A stretch of DNA of 64,000 nucleotides from Deltaproteobacteria bacterium (GTDB taxonomy: Bacteria; Desulfobacterota; Dissulfuribacteria; Dissulfuribacterales; QOAL01). The number at the start of each line of letters is the position of its first letter. The stretch's first letter is position 1. Under the pieces are notes generated by a model. That model did not search any database. It was given only the letters and a program-made list of their open reading frames with translations, and had not been told where the DNA came from. Location: positions 1,231 to 65,230 of the forward strand of contig JAJRZR010000063.1 of the NCBI GenBank assembly GCA_024275145.1. Direction: 5' to 3'. This document shows, in pieces, positions 49,571 to 60,470 of this stretch. Made by a program: the position numbers and the translations under genes.

Positions 49571-50938
49571 ATGAGGAAATTATTCGGTACAGATGGAATA
49601 AGGGGGGTGGCCAACCTCCATCCCATGACTACAGAGGTGGCCATGAAGATTGGTCGGGCAGTTGCCTACGTATTCAGGAACGACGGAGGTCATCACCCAA
49701 GGATCCTGATCGGCAAGGATACCCGTTTGTCGTGCTATATGCTGGAAAATGCAATGGCTGCCGGGATATGTTCCATGGGGGTGGATTGCCTGCTTGTCGG
49801 GCCTATGCCTACACCTGCGATCGCCTTTCTCACATCCAGCATGAGGGCCGATGCCGGGGTGGTGATATCGGCCTCCCATAATCCGTTCCAGGACAATGGG
49901 ATAAAGCTGTTCTCAAGCGATGGATTCAAACTTCCTGACCACGTGGAGGCCAGGATAGAGGAATTGATGGACTCCGAGAGCCTGTTGAAATCCCAACCTA
50001 CAGGCAGGGGCGTGGGCAGGGCGTTCAGGATAGACGATGCCAGGGGCAGGTACATAGTCTTCTTGAAGTACGCCTTTCCCAAGGAACTTTCCCTGGATGG
50101 GCTCAGGATTGTGCTGGACTGTGCCAACGGTGCCACCTATAGGGTAGCCCCTGCGGTCTTTGAGGAGCTTGGGGCCGATGTCCATAAGCTGGGTGTCGAG
50201 CCAAACGGGATAAATATAAACGATGGCTGCGGGGCATTACATCCTGATTCCATGAAGGCTGCGGTGAGGGAATACGGGGCCGATATGGGGATTGCCTTCG
50301 ATGGTGACGGGGACAGGGTAATAGTGGTCGATGAGAAGGGAACGGTGGTCGATGGTGACCACATCATGGCTATATGTGCCAGGCACATGATTGAAAACAG
50401 GACCCTCAACTATAACACCGTGGTAGCCACTGTAATGAGTAACATGGGGCTGGAGGTGGCCCTCGAAAGAATGGGCGGAAGGCTTGTCAGGACCCAGGTG
50501 GGTGACCGTTATGTAGTGGAGGCCATGAGGGAAAAGGGGTACAACTTCGGTGGGGAACAGTCGGGCCATCTCATCTTCCTGGACCATATAACCACAGGAG
50601 ACGGGATATTGGCGGCCCTGCAATTGCTAGCGGTGATGCAGAGGACCAAGAGACCTCTTTCCGAGTTGGCCCAGGTGATGGAGTCCTTCCCCCAGACATT
50701 GAAGAACGTACATGTGGCGGAAAAAAGGCCGCTGGATGAAATTTCAGGCCTTGACGCCCTTAAACGCCGTCTGGAAAAGTCGCTAACCGGCAGGGGTAGG
50801 ATACTGATCAGGCCTTCAGGGACGGAACCGGTAATCCGGATAATGGTCGAGGGAGAGGACCGGGAGCAGATAGAAGAGATTGCCAGTGAAATGGGCGATC
50901 ATATAAATGCAATCTGCGGGGTTGCCCGTGTTTTTTGA
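49571..50938 (+). CDS. glmM: Phosphoglucosamine mutase
   Basis: 455-aa ORF; FGTDGIRG, active-site SASHNP, GDGDR, GEQSGH. Confidence 0.97.
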   Translation: MRKLFGTDGIRGVANLHPMTTEVAMKIGRAVAYVFRNDGGHHPRILIGKDTRLSCYMLENAMAAGICSMGVDCLLVGPMPTPAIAFLTSSMRADAGVVISASHNPFQDNGIKLFSSDGFKLPDHVEARIEELMDSESLLKSQPTGRGVGRAFRIDDARGRYIVFLKYAFPKELSLDGLRIVLDCANGATYRVAPAVFEELGADVHKLGVEPNGININDGCGALHPDSMKAAVREYGADMGIAFDGDGDRVIVVDEKGTVVDGDHIMAICARHMIENRTLNYNTVVATVMSNMGLEVALERMGGRLVRTQVGDRYVVEAMREKGYNFGGEQSGHLIFLDHITTGDGILAALQLLAVMQRTKRPLSELAQVMESFPQTLKNVHVAEKRPLDEISGLDALKRRLEKSLTGRGRILIRPSGTEPVIRIMVEGEDREQIEEIASEMGDHINAICGVARVF

Positions 50939-51058
50939 ATCCTCCCCATGGATGCAAGAATGCGTGCCGGGCTTGTCTCTTCCAAAACTGATGGTAAAAG
51001 GCAGCAATAGCCCGGCGTCAATCTCCGGTCTTATCAGAGAGGCTAGCAGTCGGCAGGG

Positions 51059-52255
51059 TCAGTCCGCCTTTTTCCTCAAAAATGCAGGGATCTCCAGTTC
51101 CTCTTCATCGATTTCATCGAGCCCGCGGAATTGGTTGGATTGATTTGTATGGGGCTTTTGTGTACCTATGCCAAGGCCCAGGGAATGTTCCCCCAGGGAC
51201 TTGAGGGGCAGTTCCTCCTCGGCTCTTGTGGCCTCTTCCCTTTTCTGCCGCGCCTCTTCTATGGAGGTCACCACCTGATCGATGCGCTGCGGCATCTCTT
51301 TGCCTATCCCCGTTGCAATGACGGTGACCCTCACTTCTTCGTCTATGGAATCGTCGAAGACCGTACCCCATATAATATTTGCATCTTCGTGGGCCTCTTC
51401 ATGTATGAGCGATGACGCCTGATCCACCTCCTCCATGCTGAGTGTGGCACTGCTGGCGGTGATGTTCATGAGTATTCCCCTGGCCCCACTGATTGAGATG
51501 TCTTCCAGGAGGGGGTTCGCTATGGCCATCCTTACGGCCTCCAGTGCCCTTCTTTCGCCCTTGGCCACCCCGGTGCCCATCAAGGCCATGCCCATTTCCC
51601 CCATGACGGTCCTGACATCGGCAAAGTCAACATTAACATATCCCTGTATGACGATCAGGTCTGATATTCCCCTGACTGCGAAATAGAGTACCTCGTCGGC
51701 CTTCTTGAACATTTCCAGTATGGGGGTATTCGGTTGGGCAAGGCTCCTGAGGCGGTCGTTCGGGATGGTTATGATGGTATCCACAACGGCTTTCAGACGT
51801 TCCAGGCCCTCGTCGGCCTGTTTCTGTCTCTTTTTACCTTCAAACCCAAAGGGTTTTGTCACCACGGCCACGGTCAACGCCCCAAGCTCTTTGCTTATTT
51901 CTGCAATGACCGGTGCACCTCCGGTACCGGTTCCACCTCCCATGCCGGCTGTTACGAAAACCATGTCGGCGCCTTCAAGGGCAGCGCGTATTTCATCTAC
52001 ACTTTCCTCTGCGGCCTCTCTTCCGATTTCCGGTTTGGCCCCGGCCCCAAGACCCTTCGTAAGGCCCTTACCCATTTGAATCTTCTGGCTGGCCTTTGAC
52101 ATTTCAAGGGCCTGGGCATCGGTATTGGCCGCTATGAATTCCACCCCCTTGAGCTTGGAGGCTATCATATTGTTGACAGCATTGCCTCCGCCCCCACCTA
52201 CACCAATAACCTTGATCTTTGCCTGTGGTTCCGGTTCTATAAATTCGAAAGACAT
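51059..52255 (-). CDS. ftsZ: Cell division protein FtsZ
   Basis: ORF 51059-52345; AGGAGAG SD before ATG 52255 (MSFEFIEPE...); [22 protein letters not shown] tubulin signature. Confidence 0.98.
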   Translation of the reverse strand: MSFEFIEPEPQAKIKVIGVGGGGGNAVNNMIASKLKGVEFIAANTDAQALEMSKASQKIQMGKGLTKGLGAGAKPEIGREAAEESVDEIRAALEGADMVFVTAGMGGGTGTGGAPVIAEISKELGALTVAVVTKPFGFEGKKRQKQADEGLERLKAVVDTIITIPNDRLRSLAQPNTPILEMFKKADEVLYFAVRGISDLIVIQGYVNVDFADVRTVMGEMGMALMGTGVAKGERRALEAVRMAIANPLLEDISISGARGILMNITASSATLSMEEVDQASSLIHEEAHEDANIIWGTVFDDSIDEEVRVTVIATGIGKEMPQRIDQVVTSIEEARQKREEATRAEEELPLKSLGEHSLGLGIGTQKPHTNQSNQFRGLDEIDEEELEIPAFLRKKAD

Positions 52256-52329
52256 GATGGACTCTCTCCTTTTACCTTGCACTTGAAACAAGATCCTGTA
52301 AACGTTTACAGGGCACCGCAAGGGACCCT

Positions 52330-53553
52330 CTATATCCTGAACCACGATTTCATGCGGTTCGTTACCCTGTTGAAGATGTTCCTGTCCCTTATGCGGAATT
52401 TCTTCCTGGGTTGATGCTCTATGCCATAAAGTACAAGCCCCACGGCAGTGGCAAATTTGGGGCTGTTCACTACATCCACAAGGCCAGATATCCGCCTGGG
52501 AAAGCCGATCCGGGTCGGTAGCTGGAAGATCTGGTCAGAAATTTCAGCTATGCCGGGCAAAAGCGCCGACCCCCCGGTTATAACCATGCCGGATACCAGC
52601 AGGTCCTTCAGCTTGGTGCGTTCTATTTCCTGGTCGATCAGGTTGAATATCTCCTCCACCCGAGGCTCCAGGATCTCTGCCAGTATCTGCTTGGCCAATA
52701 GCCTGGGTTTTCTGCCTCCTACACTGGGCACCTCGATCATCTCATCCTTTTTGACCATGGCAGGCAGACACGTTCCCTGCCTCACTTTGATCTTTTCCGC
52801 CTCGTTCATGGGGGTGCGAAGTCCAACGGCGATGTCATTCGTGAGATTGTTTCCCCCAAGCCCGAGAACGGCGGTATGCTTAATGGCACTTTCAGCCAGG
52901 AGGGCCAGGTCTGTAGTACCCCCGCCAAAATCTACTAGGGCGACCCCAAGGTCCTTTTCCTCCTGGGTGAGGACTGCCTCGGCAGAGGCAAGGGGCTGCA
53001 GCACGATGTCGATCACATCGAGGCCGGCCCGGTTAGCGCATTTTATGAGGTTCCTGGCCGCAGTTACGGCACCGGTGACTATGTGGACCTTGGCCTCGAG
53101 CCTGACGCCGGTCATCCCTACCGGGTCCAATATTCCACCCTGATCATCCACCATGTATTCCTGGGGTAGGGTATGGATCACCTCCCTGTCCAGGGGAATG
53201 GCTATTGCCCTGGCTGCATCTATGACCCTTTCCACATCGTCAATGGTTACCTCGTCTCCCTTTATGGCTATCGCCCCATGGCTGTTGAAGCCTTTTATAT
53301 GGCTGCCTGCAATCCCGATGAAGACAGAGCCGATCTCGCACCCAGCCATCAGTTCCGCCTCTTCGATGGCCTTACGAATGGAATTTACCGTGCTGTCGAT
53401 GTTGACCACTACGCCCTTTCGCAGCCCTACGGATGGATGGGTGCCGATGCCGATTATTTCCACACTGTCTTCGGCGGCTTCGCCAACCACGGCACATATC
53501 TTGGTAGTGCCTATATCAAGCCCTACAACTATGTCGCAGGATCTATCCATCAT
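52330..53553 (-). CDS. ftsA: Cell division protein FtsA
   Basis: 407-aa ORF; actin-fold motifs [34 protein letters not shown]. Confidence 0.97.
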   Translation of the reverse strand: MMDRSCDIVVGLDIGTTKICAVVGEAAEDSVEIIGIGTHPSVGLRKGVVVNIDSTVNSIRKAIEEAELMAGCEIGSVFIGIAGSHIKGFNSHGAIAIKGDEVTIDDVERVIDAARAIAIPLDREVIHTLPQEYMVDDQGGILDPVGMTGVRLEAKVHIVTGAVTAARNLIKCANRAGLDVIDIVLQPLASAEAVLTQEEKDLGVALVDFGGGTTDLALLAESAIKHTAVLGLGGNNLTNDIAVGLRTPMNEAEKIKVRQGTCLPAMVKKDEMIEVPSVGGRKPRLLAKQILAEILEPRVEEIFNLIDQEIERTKLKDLLVSGMVITGGSALLPGIAEISDQIFQLPTRIGFPRRISGLVDVVNSPKFATAVGLVLYGIEHQPRKKFRIRDRNIFNRVTNRMKSWFRI

Positions 53554-54398
53554 TTCCTCTTTACCGCCCGGGGACGCGCAATCGCCCTGTTTGGCCCATA
53601 ATCCATGTCTACCATGGCAACTTGATCGTATTTCCCAGAATTATACAAATGGTACAGGACCCTCTCCGCCTTTGCGAATTGAGTGTCCAGATGGGATTCA
53701 TTCAGCCTGAAGGGGATTCCCCTGTCGGACGTATAAACTACGAGGTGGCCATCGCCATCCACGTGTATCTGGCTTATGTTCTTGATACCAAGGGTTCTGA
53801 CCCCCTTGCTGGCCAGGCGGATGAGCCTTAACGCCTCCTTTACGCCATCGACATCTGCGATGTTGCCCGATGGCCGGGAACCATTGAGCCTGACCCTGAC
53901 CCCTGTTATGATGGGAAGAGAGAATTTGTCGTCCTTCCCGAGTTCCTTGAATATATCTCCGCTTGCGTCTATCAGGTAAATCTTTCCTGCATTGAGAAAG
54001 GCAACGGGCCTCCTTTCATGCACGGTTATCTTAACCTTGTCGGGCAATATGCGGGTGATCTCCACCCTTGCAATCCAGGGATTTCGTTTGATGTTACCTG
54101 CAATCCCTTGAAGGTCCAGGGCCAAGAGGTTGTCATCCCGGGTTATCCGGCTCAACTTCAGGATCTCCTCCTCCGGAACCCGGCGGCATCCGTCTATCTC
54201 AACATGATCAACCGTGAACATCCGTGAGGTGCTTACCCATCTCCATGCGCCGTAGGTCCCGAGTACGCACAGCGCAACAATGGAGAATGCCGCAAGAATA
54301 ACGAGCGCCAGCTTGCCGTTACTCCTGCCAGTGGGTTCCGTTCGACAGGCCGAAAATCCGCTGACTGTTCGTGAGTTCAGGGGTCTTCTCCTATTCAC
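53550..54398 (-). CDS. ftsQ: Cell division protein FtsQ
   Basis: 282-aa ORF, GTG start; single TM then POTRA (FTVDHVEIDGCRRV) and FtsQ beta domain; overlaps the ftsA start. Confidence 0.88.
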   Translation of the reverse strand: MNRRRPLNSRTVSGFSACRTEPTGRSNGKLALVILAAFSIVALCVLGTYGAWRWVSTSRMFTVDHVEIDGCRRVPEEEILKLSRITRDDNLLALDLQGIAGNIKRNPWIARVEITRILPDKVKITVHERRPVAFLNAGKIYLIDASGDIFKELGKDDKFSLPIITGVRVRLNGSRPSGNIADVDGVKEALRLIRLASKGVRTLGIKNISQIHVDGDGHLVVYTSDRGIPFRLNESHLDTQFAKAERVLYHLYNSGKYDQVAMVDMDYGPNRAIARPRAVKRK

Positions 54399-55347
54399 CG
54401 TTGCTGTTCCATATGGTAACCTCGGGTTCGAGGTCTATGCCGGTGGCGTTCTTCACCTGACTCTTTACAATCTGCATAAGCTCAACCACTTGGAGCTAGG
54501 TGGCGCTCCCGCGGTTAATCACGAAGTTTGCGTGTATTTCGGATATGGCCGCGTCCCCGACACTGATTCCTTTCAGCCCGCAATCCTCGATCAATTTACC
54601 TGCCGGGCATTCTGTCGGGTTTTTAAATACACAGCCAGGGCTTGGTTGCCCCAGGGGTTGGGTGGAGATCCTCTTACCCATGATCCTGCGTATTCTTTGC
54701 CGTATGCTTCTGGCGCTTGAAGGCACAAGGGCACTGCCCATTGAAGAAGGTCCTTGCCCGTCCCCCCGTTCCCTAGGGACCCTGGTGTCTAGCGGAATCT
54801 CCACTGCCGATACAATCTGGCCAGGGGGCAGATGGGATTTCCTGTAACCAAGCCCCAATTTTTCGACCGGTACCCAATGGCTTTCACCGGGACCAGTGAG
54901 TAAGGCCCTGCTTGCAAGGCCTCCCATGGACAGGGAGTTCGTCCCGGCATTCATGAAGAGTGCCCCACCAATACTTGCAGGTATGCCGCACAACCCCTCT
55001 GTGCCAGCAAGAGAATGTGAAAGCGCCCATGCGATCAGCCTTGATAGCCGGCAACCTGCCTCTATTATTACGGCCCCTTGCGTCATTTGGATCCCCTTCA
55101 TATGCCTCAATGAAAGTACGATCTCTTCACCCTGCTCGCTTACGAGGAGATTGCTTCCCTGCCCGAGTATTCTGAACGAAAGCTCTTTTTCCTTGAAGAA
55201 CAGAAGGGCCTTTTCAAGTGCGGTTACGGTCCCTGGCAACACCAGGTACCTGGCCGGTCCACCTATCCTGAAGGTAGTGAGAGTGGCGAGGGATACGTTC
55301 CTTAGTACTTCCAGCCCCTCTATCTTTTTCAGCTCACGATCCAGCAA
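54391..55347 (-). CDS. murB: UDP-N-acetylenolpyruvoylglucosamine reductase MurB, with an in-frame TAG at 54496-54498
   Basis: Called ORF 54496-55347 ends ...SEIHANFVINRGSAT. The same frame continues LQVVELMQIVKSQVKNATGIDLEPEVTIWNSNGE to TAG 54391-54393, which overlaps the ftsQ GTG; this tail matches the conserved MurB C-terminus. Confidence 0.85.
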
Positions 55348-56731
55348 CCGCCATCTCCTTTTGTCTGAGTTTTGCTATGAGTGCATGACCTGTTTTTCCG
55401 ATCGCTCCCGCCCCCATGGTAATGATTACATCATTGTGCCTTATGTGGGGCAAAACCGCTGCAGGAAGGTCCTGGCAGTTATCTACGTAATGTACAGGGG
55501 TCCCAAGCTTCCTTTTTATATTTCGTGCAAGCCGTTTCCCATCAACACCAACTATGGGGGGCTCGCTTGCCGGGTATATGGACGTAATCCATAACTCGTC
55601 TGCTTCCTTGAATGCACCGGGAAATTCGTCCATGAGTAGTCTGGTCCTGCTGTAGCGATGGGGTTCAAAGAGCACAACCAGACGTCTGTCCGGCCATGCG
55701 GCCCTGGCAGCGGTCAGGGTGGCGAGTATCTCGGTCGGGTGATGCGCATAGTCATCCATTATAGTTATCCCGTCTACATGGCCCAATATGTCGAAACGCC
55801 TGCCCACCCCCTCGTAACTGCGAAGGCCGGCCTGAATCCTGGGAAAGGATATATCAAGCTCGAGTCCAACCGCTATGGCAGCCAGCGAGTTTCGTACATG
55901 ATGCAACCCCGGCACCGAAAGACAGACCCGGCCAAGGTCGGTGCCACGGTAGCAAGCAGTGTATGATACCCCTATCCCCGAAAAGGTGATGTCCTTTGCC
56001 TGGAGTTCCGACCCGGCCCTGGTGCCGTAGGTCATTATTCTTTTTTTCCCATGGACGGCCAGCCTGGCAAGATGCGGGTCGTCTGAGCACAGGATGGCAA
56101 CGCCATAGAAAGGGATGCGGTCGATGAATTCCTGGAAGCTCCTGGTTATCGCCTCGATGTCTGGATAAAAGTCAAGGTGCTCCCTGTCTATGTTGGTGAC
56201 CACGGCAATGCTCGGGGTCAATCGCAGGAAGCTTCCATCGCTTTCATCTGCCTCTGCCACCAGGAATTCGCCGCCTCCCCAGTAGGCATTCGTGCCCATG
56301 CCGTTTACCTTTCCCCCGATTATGACCGTTGGGTCCAGGCCTGCCCTGATGAGCACTGCTGCGACCATTGAGGTGGTGCTCGTCTTGCCATGCGCCCCTG
56401 CCACGGCGATTCCGAATTTTTTGAGCCTCATAAGCTCCGCCAGCATGGCAGCCCTGGGAATGACCGGTATCTGCAACGATCTGGCTGCAATTACCTCAGG
56501 GTTGTTTTCCTTGACGGCCGAGGAGGTCACCACCACGTCGGCGCCGACGATGTTTTCCGGGTCATGGCCTCTGAATATGGTGCCACCCTTAGCCTTGAGT
56601 GCCCTGGTTATTTCAGTCTCCCTAAGGTCCGATCCAGAGACCTCGTAGCCAAGGGTCAAGAGTACCTGGGCCAGGCCGCTCATGCCGATTCCCCCGATAC
56701 CAACAAAATGGATATGCTGCTTCTTATACAT
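55334..56731 (-). CDS. murC: UDP-N-acetylmuramate--L-alanine ligase
   Basis: 465-aa ORF; HFVGIGGIGMSGLA, GAHGKTSTTSM, Mur ligase central and C-terminal domains. Confidence 0.96.
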   Translation of the reverse strand: MYKKQHIHFVGIGGIGMSGLAQVLLTLGYEVSGSDLRETEITRALKAKGGTIFRGHDPENIVGADVVVTSSAVKENNPEVIAARSLQIPVIPRAAMLAELMRLKKFGIAVAGAHGKTSTTSMVAAVLIRAGLDPTVIIGGKVNGMGTNAYWGGGEFLVAEADESDGSFLRLTPSIAVVTNIDREHLDFYPDIEAITRSFQEFIDRIPFYGVAILCSDDPHLARLAVHGKKRIMTYGTRAGSELQAKDITFSGIGVSYTACYRGTDLGRVCLSVPGLHHVRNSLAAIAVGLELDISFPRIQAGLRSYEGVGRRFDILGHVDGITIMDDYAHHPTEILATLTAARAAWPDRRLVVLFEPHRYSRTRLLMDEFPGAFKEADELWITSIYPASEPPIVGVDGKRLARNIKRKLGTPVHYVDNCQDLPAAVLPHIRHNDVIITMGAGAIGKTGHALIAKLRQKEMAVAGS

Positions 56732-57926
56732 TGTCGTGTACTGTTACCCTTTCGATAGTGCTGTCCGTGCAAGGCCCTTTTGGCCTGTTACCTTTCTTGT
56801 TCTTGAGGAGGATGCTTACAATATCCCGGGTTGCATTCGGCCTTCCAAGCCTTTCTGCCTTTTCCCTCATCTTGTTCAACCTGTTGGTTTCTCTGAAAAG
56901 CATCTCTATCTCACCGGCGAGTTTTACAGCCCCAATGTCGTCCTGTCTGAAACATTTTGCTGCTCCTGCCCTTTCCATCAACTTTGCGTTTGCTTCCTGG
57001 TGCCCGTCCGATGCAAAGGGGTAGGGGATAAGGATAGAGGCGACGCCTAGGGATGTAAGTTCTGAGAGTGTAGTGGCACCTGCACGGCACAAAACCAGGT
57101 CTGCCCAGCGATAGGCCCGTCCCATCTCGTTTATGAACGGGGATACCTTGGCAGGCAATCCCACCTCCTGATAGGCGTCCCTTACCCTTGAACAGTCCGC
57201 AGTGCCGGTTTGATGCCATACCTCTATCTTTATCCCTGATTGCCACAAGATCTTGATCGCCGAGCTTGCCAGCCGGTTCAGAGATTGAGAGCCCTGGCTT
57301 CCACCGATCACAAGGAGCCTTTTATGGCCATCCCCTCTGAAGTTGTGTCGATCCCTGTCCATCAGTATGGATTTTCTGACCGGGGTGCCTGTGAGTTCTA
57401 CAATATTCTTAGGGAAATATTTCCTGGTTTCCTCAAAACTTACCAATACCTTTCCTGCAAACCTAGCGGACAAACGATTGGCAAGGCCCGGCACGAGATT
57501 TTGTTCATGTATGGCCGTTGGTATCCCAAGTAACCGTGCAGCTACCAGGACTGGTCCGGATACATAGCCGCCTACACCAAGGACGATGTCCGGCTTGAAC
57601 TCCCTGATCCATGCCAGTGCCCGCATGATTACCAGGGGCATGGACAACAGGGAGATGGCCCGTTTACCAAGGCCTACGCCATGAAGCGGCCTTACATTGA
57701 GACATTTGTAGTTCCATGCCCTGCCACGGAGTGCAGCGGTTTCCACCTGGCGTCCGGTCCCGATCCATAGGAGTTCGAGGCCGGTCCTGTCCTCGACGGC
57801 CTCAGCGATGGCGATTCCAGGGAAGACATGACCCCCGGTCCCACCGCCGGCAATGATCAGCCTCGTTTTCTCCAGGTTGCCAGACATGGAAAGGTGCTCG
57901 TTCCTACGCGCAATCGATTCATTCAT
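56724..57926 (-). CDS. murG: UDP-GlcNAc:lipid I GlcNAc transferase MurG
   Basis: ORF 56724-58043; ATG 57926 overlaps the murD stop (ATGAATGA); an alternative start is ATG 57887 just before IIAGGGTGGHVFPG. Confidence 0.93.
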   Translation of the reverse strand: MNESIARRNEHLSMSGNLEKTRLIIAGGGTGGHVFPGIAIAEAVEDRTGLELLWIGTGRQVETAALRGRAWNYKCLNVRPLHGVGLGKRAISLLSMPLVIMRALAWIREFKPDIVLGVGGYVSGPVLVAARLLGIPTAIHEQNLVPGLANRLSARFAGKVLVSFEETRKYFPKNIVELTGTPVRKSILMDRDRHNFRGDGHKRLLVIGGSQGSQSLNRLASSAIKILWQSGIKIEVWHQTGTADCSRVRDAYQEVGLPAKVSPFINEMGRAYRWADLVLCRAGATTLSELTSLGVASILIPYPFASDGHQEANAKLMERAGAAKCFRQDDIGAVKLAGEIEMLFRETNRLNKMREKAERLGRPNATRDIVSILLKNKKGNRPKGPCTDSTIERVTVHDNV

Positions 57927-59385
57927 GGATAAATGCCTCGGATAGATCCTCAACGGCCCTTTGGAATAAACGGCCTCTTTCTTTGTAGTCCCGGAACATA
58001 TCGAAGCTTGCACACGCAGGGGACAGGACCACCGTGTCCCCACATTCGGCCACGGAGACCGCGGCCTTTACCGCCTCCCGCATCGTCTTCTCTCCATTGC
58101 TACCATTGAAGATCCCGATTATATCGACAACATCTTTGAGCGTCTCTTTCAGGGCAGCCGCCTCTGTCCCCATCAAGGCTACGGCCTTTATCCATCCGCC
58201 TTTCCTTCCATTTTTACCATGGAAACGCATGGCGGTAACGGCCTGTTTCAGCGCGGAATAATCCTCGTTTTTCCCCTGTCCACCCATGATGAATATACCC
58301 GGACCCTCGAGCGCCTCCATGGCCCGTATGCTTGCGGCCACATTCGTGGCCTTCGAGTCGTCAATGTATCTAACCCCGTCCCGTTCGCAGACAAGCTCGA
58401 AACGGTGGCTAGGTGCCTTGAAGGTATCCATGGCCCTTTGAATAGCCCTTGGGCCTGCCCCTGCAAGTCTGGCGGCAAGGATGGCACAGGCCAGGTTTTC
58501 CAGGTTGTGGAGACCTCGTAGCGTCCAATGCTCGAGGGAATAGCACTCATGTTCACCCCCGGGCCACCTAACCTGGATCTGGTCATGGTTAGGATCCGTA
58601 AATGCCCCGGCCCTGCCACGGGAACAAGTGCCGAAGTATAGCTTCCTGGTCCTGTTGACCCAGTGCCAGTTTGCGGATACCGGGTCATCCAGGTTCAGGA
58701 GGCTCCAGTCCTCTGGCCCCTGGTAGCGGAGGAGCCTGGCCTTGATGTTTCCATATGCCTGGAGATCATTATGTCGATCCAGGTGGTCTGGAGCAAGATT
58801 CAGCCAGGCGGCTACGTTGAACCTGGGTCGTGCAAAGGGAAGATGCCAGCTTACAGGAAGATATTCCAACTGGAAACTGCTTACCTCCAGTACCGCCGTG
58901 GTATCCTCGGAGTTGTCAGCCATCAGGGCGGCCAGTGGGGGCGCAATATTTCCCCCCGTGACTATTTTTGATCCGGCCTGCCTTAACATGTGCGATACAA
59001 GGCTGGTGGTGGTGGTCTTCCCGTTGGTCCCGGTGATGGCAAGTATTGGACCCTTCCAGAATGCCGCGGCCAAGGCCAGCTCTCCTATGATATCGATTCC
59101 TTCCTCGTAAATGCGTCTTACCAGTAGTGAATCAGGCCTGATGCCAGGGCTTACCACGGCCAGGTCCGCCCTTTTGAGGAGTACGTCGAGTCCTTTGTCG
59201 TCGATTACCCTTACCCCTTCGTCCTCGCACCACGATCTTAGCCAACCAGGCCATTTTGCAAGTGGCTTAGCATCATAGCAGATTAGGTCGGCACCCATCT
59301 TCCTGAGCCATGTGGCGGTTGCCTGGCCCGAGATGCCCATTCCCAGGACGGCTATGTGTAGGTTTTTTAGTACATTTATTTTCAT
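57919..59385 (-). CDS. murD: UDP-N-acetylmuramoylalanine--D-glutamate ligase
   Basis: 488-aa ORF; [23 protein letters not shown]; overlaps the mraY stop. Confidence 0.95.
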   Translation of the reverse strand: MKINVLKNLHIAVLGMGISGQATATWLRKMGADLICYDAKPLAKWPGWLRSWCEDEGVRVIDDKGLDVLLKRADLAVVSPGIRPDSLLVRRIYEEGIDIIGELALAAAFWKGPILAITGTNGKTTTTSLVSHMLRQAGSKIVTGGNIAPPLAALMADNSEDTTAVLEVSSFQLEYLPVSWHLPFARPRFNVAAWLNLAPDHLDRHNDLQAYGNIKARLLRYQGPEDWSLLNLDDPVSANWHWVNRTRKLYFGTCSRGRAGAFTDPNHDQIQVRWPGGEHECYSLEHWTLRGLHNLENLACAILAARLAGAGPRAIQRAMDTFKAPSHRFELVCERDGVRYIDDSKATNVAASIRAMEALEGPGIFIMGGQGKNEDYSALKQAVTAMRFHGKNGRKGGWIKAVALMGTEAAALKETLKDVVDIIGIFNGSNGEKTMREAVKAAVSVAECGDTVVLSPACASFDMFRDYKERGRLFQRAVEDLSEAFIHE

Positions 59386-60461
59386 CTCAGTTTCAAGGTG
59401 CTTATTGCCACCAGTCCCAACAGGACAGATATGATCCAGAATCTCACTACAACCTTCGGTTCTGCCCAGCCCTTCAATTCAAAATGGTGGTGTATCGGTG
59501 CCATACGAAATATTCTTTTTCCCTTCGTCATCTTGAAATAGCCTACCTGTAGCATTACCGAAAGTGCCTCTACCACAAAAATCCCCCCTACGATGGCCAG
59601 GAGGATTTCCTGCTTTGATAGTACGGCTACCACCCCCAAGGCGCCTCCAATGGAAAGGGAGCCGACATCCCCCATGAATATCTCTGCTGGATAGGTGTTA
59701 TACCATAGAAAACCGAGTCCAGCTCCGACCATGGCACCACAAAATATTGCCAACTCGCCGGCGCCTGGGACAGTCGGTATCTGTAAATAGTGTGCCAGCG
59801 TGGCATGGCCAGCTAGATAAGAGAACAGGGTATAGACAGCAGCTGCCACGACGAATGGTCCAGTTGCCAAGCCATCCAGTCCATCGGTCAGGTTTACTGC
59901 ATTAGATGAGCCTACTATTACCAGAAGGGCAAAGATTGCGTAGAAGAGACCAAGGTCAGGCCTACAATTTTTGAGGAAGGGGATACTAAGATGCGTATCC
60001 CAGCTACTGTTAAAGGCAATGAACAATGTGCCGGCAATCACGATCATGACCTGGCCGGTCAGCTTCCAACGGCCCGCCAGCCCTCTGCTGGTTTTACGTC
60101 TTACTTTGAGTATGTCGTCACAAAGACCTATGAGTCCGTATCCCACCAGTATCAGGATACTTATCCAGATATATATTACGGAAAGATCAGCCCATAATAG
60201 CGTGGCCGTGACAATAGAACCAATGATGAGAACTCCTCCCATGGAGGGGGTGCCTTGCTTTATCCTGTGGCTCTGCGGTCCATCCTCGCGGACCACCTGC
60301 CCCATCTGGAGCCGTTGCATCTTGCGTATGAACCACGGCCCAAGGAACAGCGTGATACACAACGCCGTTATGGCGGCATAGATCGTCCTGAAGGTTATGT
60401 ACCTGAAGACGTTAAAAATGGCCCAATGACTGTGGAGGGGATAGATGAGATGGAATAACAT
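59382..60461 (-). CDS. mraY: Phospho-N-acetylmuramoyl-pentapeptide transferase
   Basis: 359-aa ORF; multiple TM helices; [41 protein letters not shown]. Confidence 0.97.
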   Translation of the reverse strand: MLFHLIYPLHSHWAIFNVFRYITFRTIYAAITALCITLFLGPWFIRKMQRLQMGQVVREDGPQSHRIKQGTPSMGGVLIIGSIVTATLLWADLSVIYIWISILILVGYGLIGLCDDILKVRRKTSRGLAGRWKLTGQVMIVIAGTLFIAFNSSWDTHLSIPFLKNCRPDLGLFYAIFALLVIVGSSNAVNLTDGLDGLATGPFVVAAAVYTLFSYLAGHATLAHYLQIPTVPGAGELAIFCGAMVGAGLGFLWYNTYPAEIFMGDVGSLSIGGALGVVAVLSKQEILLAIVGGIFVVEALSVMLQVGYFKMTKGKRIFRMAPIHHHFELKGWAEPKVVVRFWIISVLLGLVAISTLKLR

Positions 60462-60470
60462 GATGAGGCC

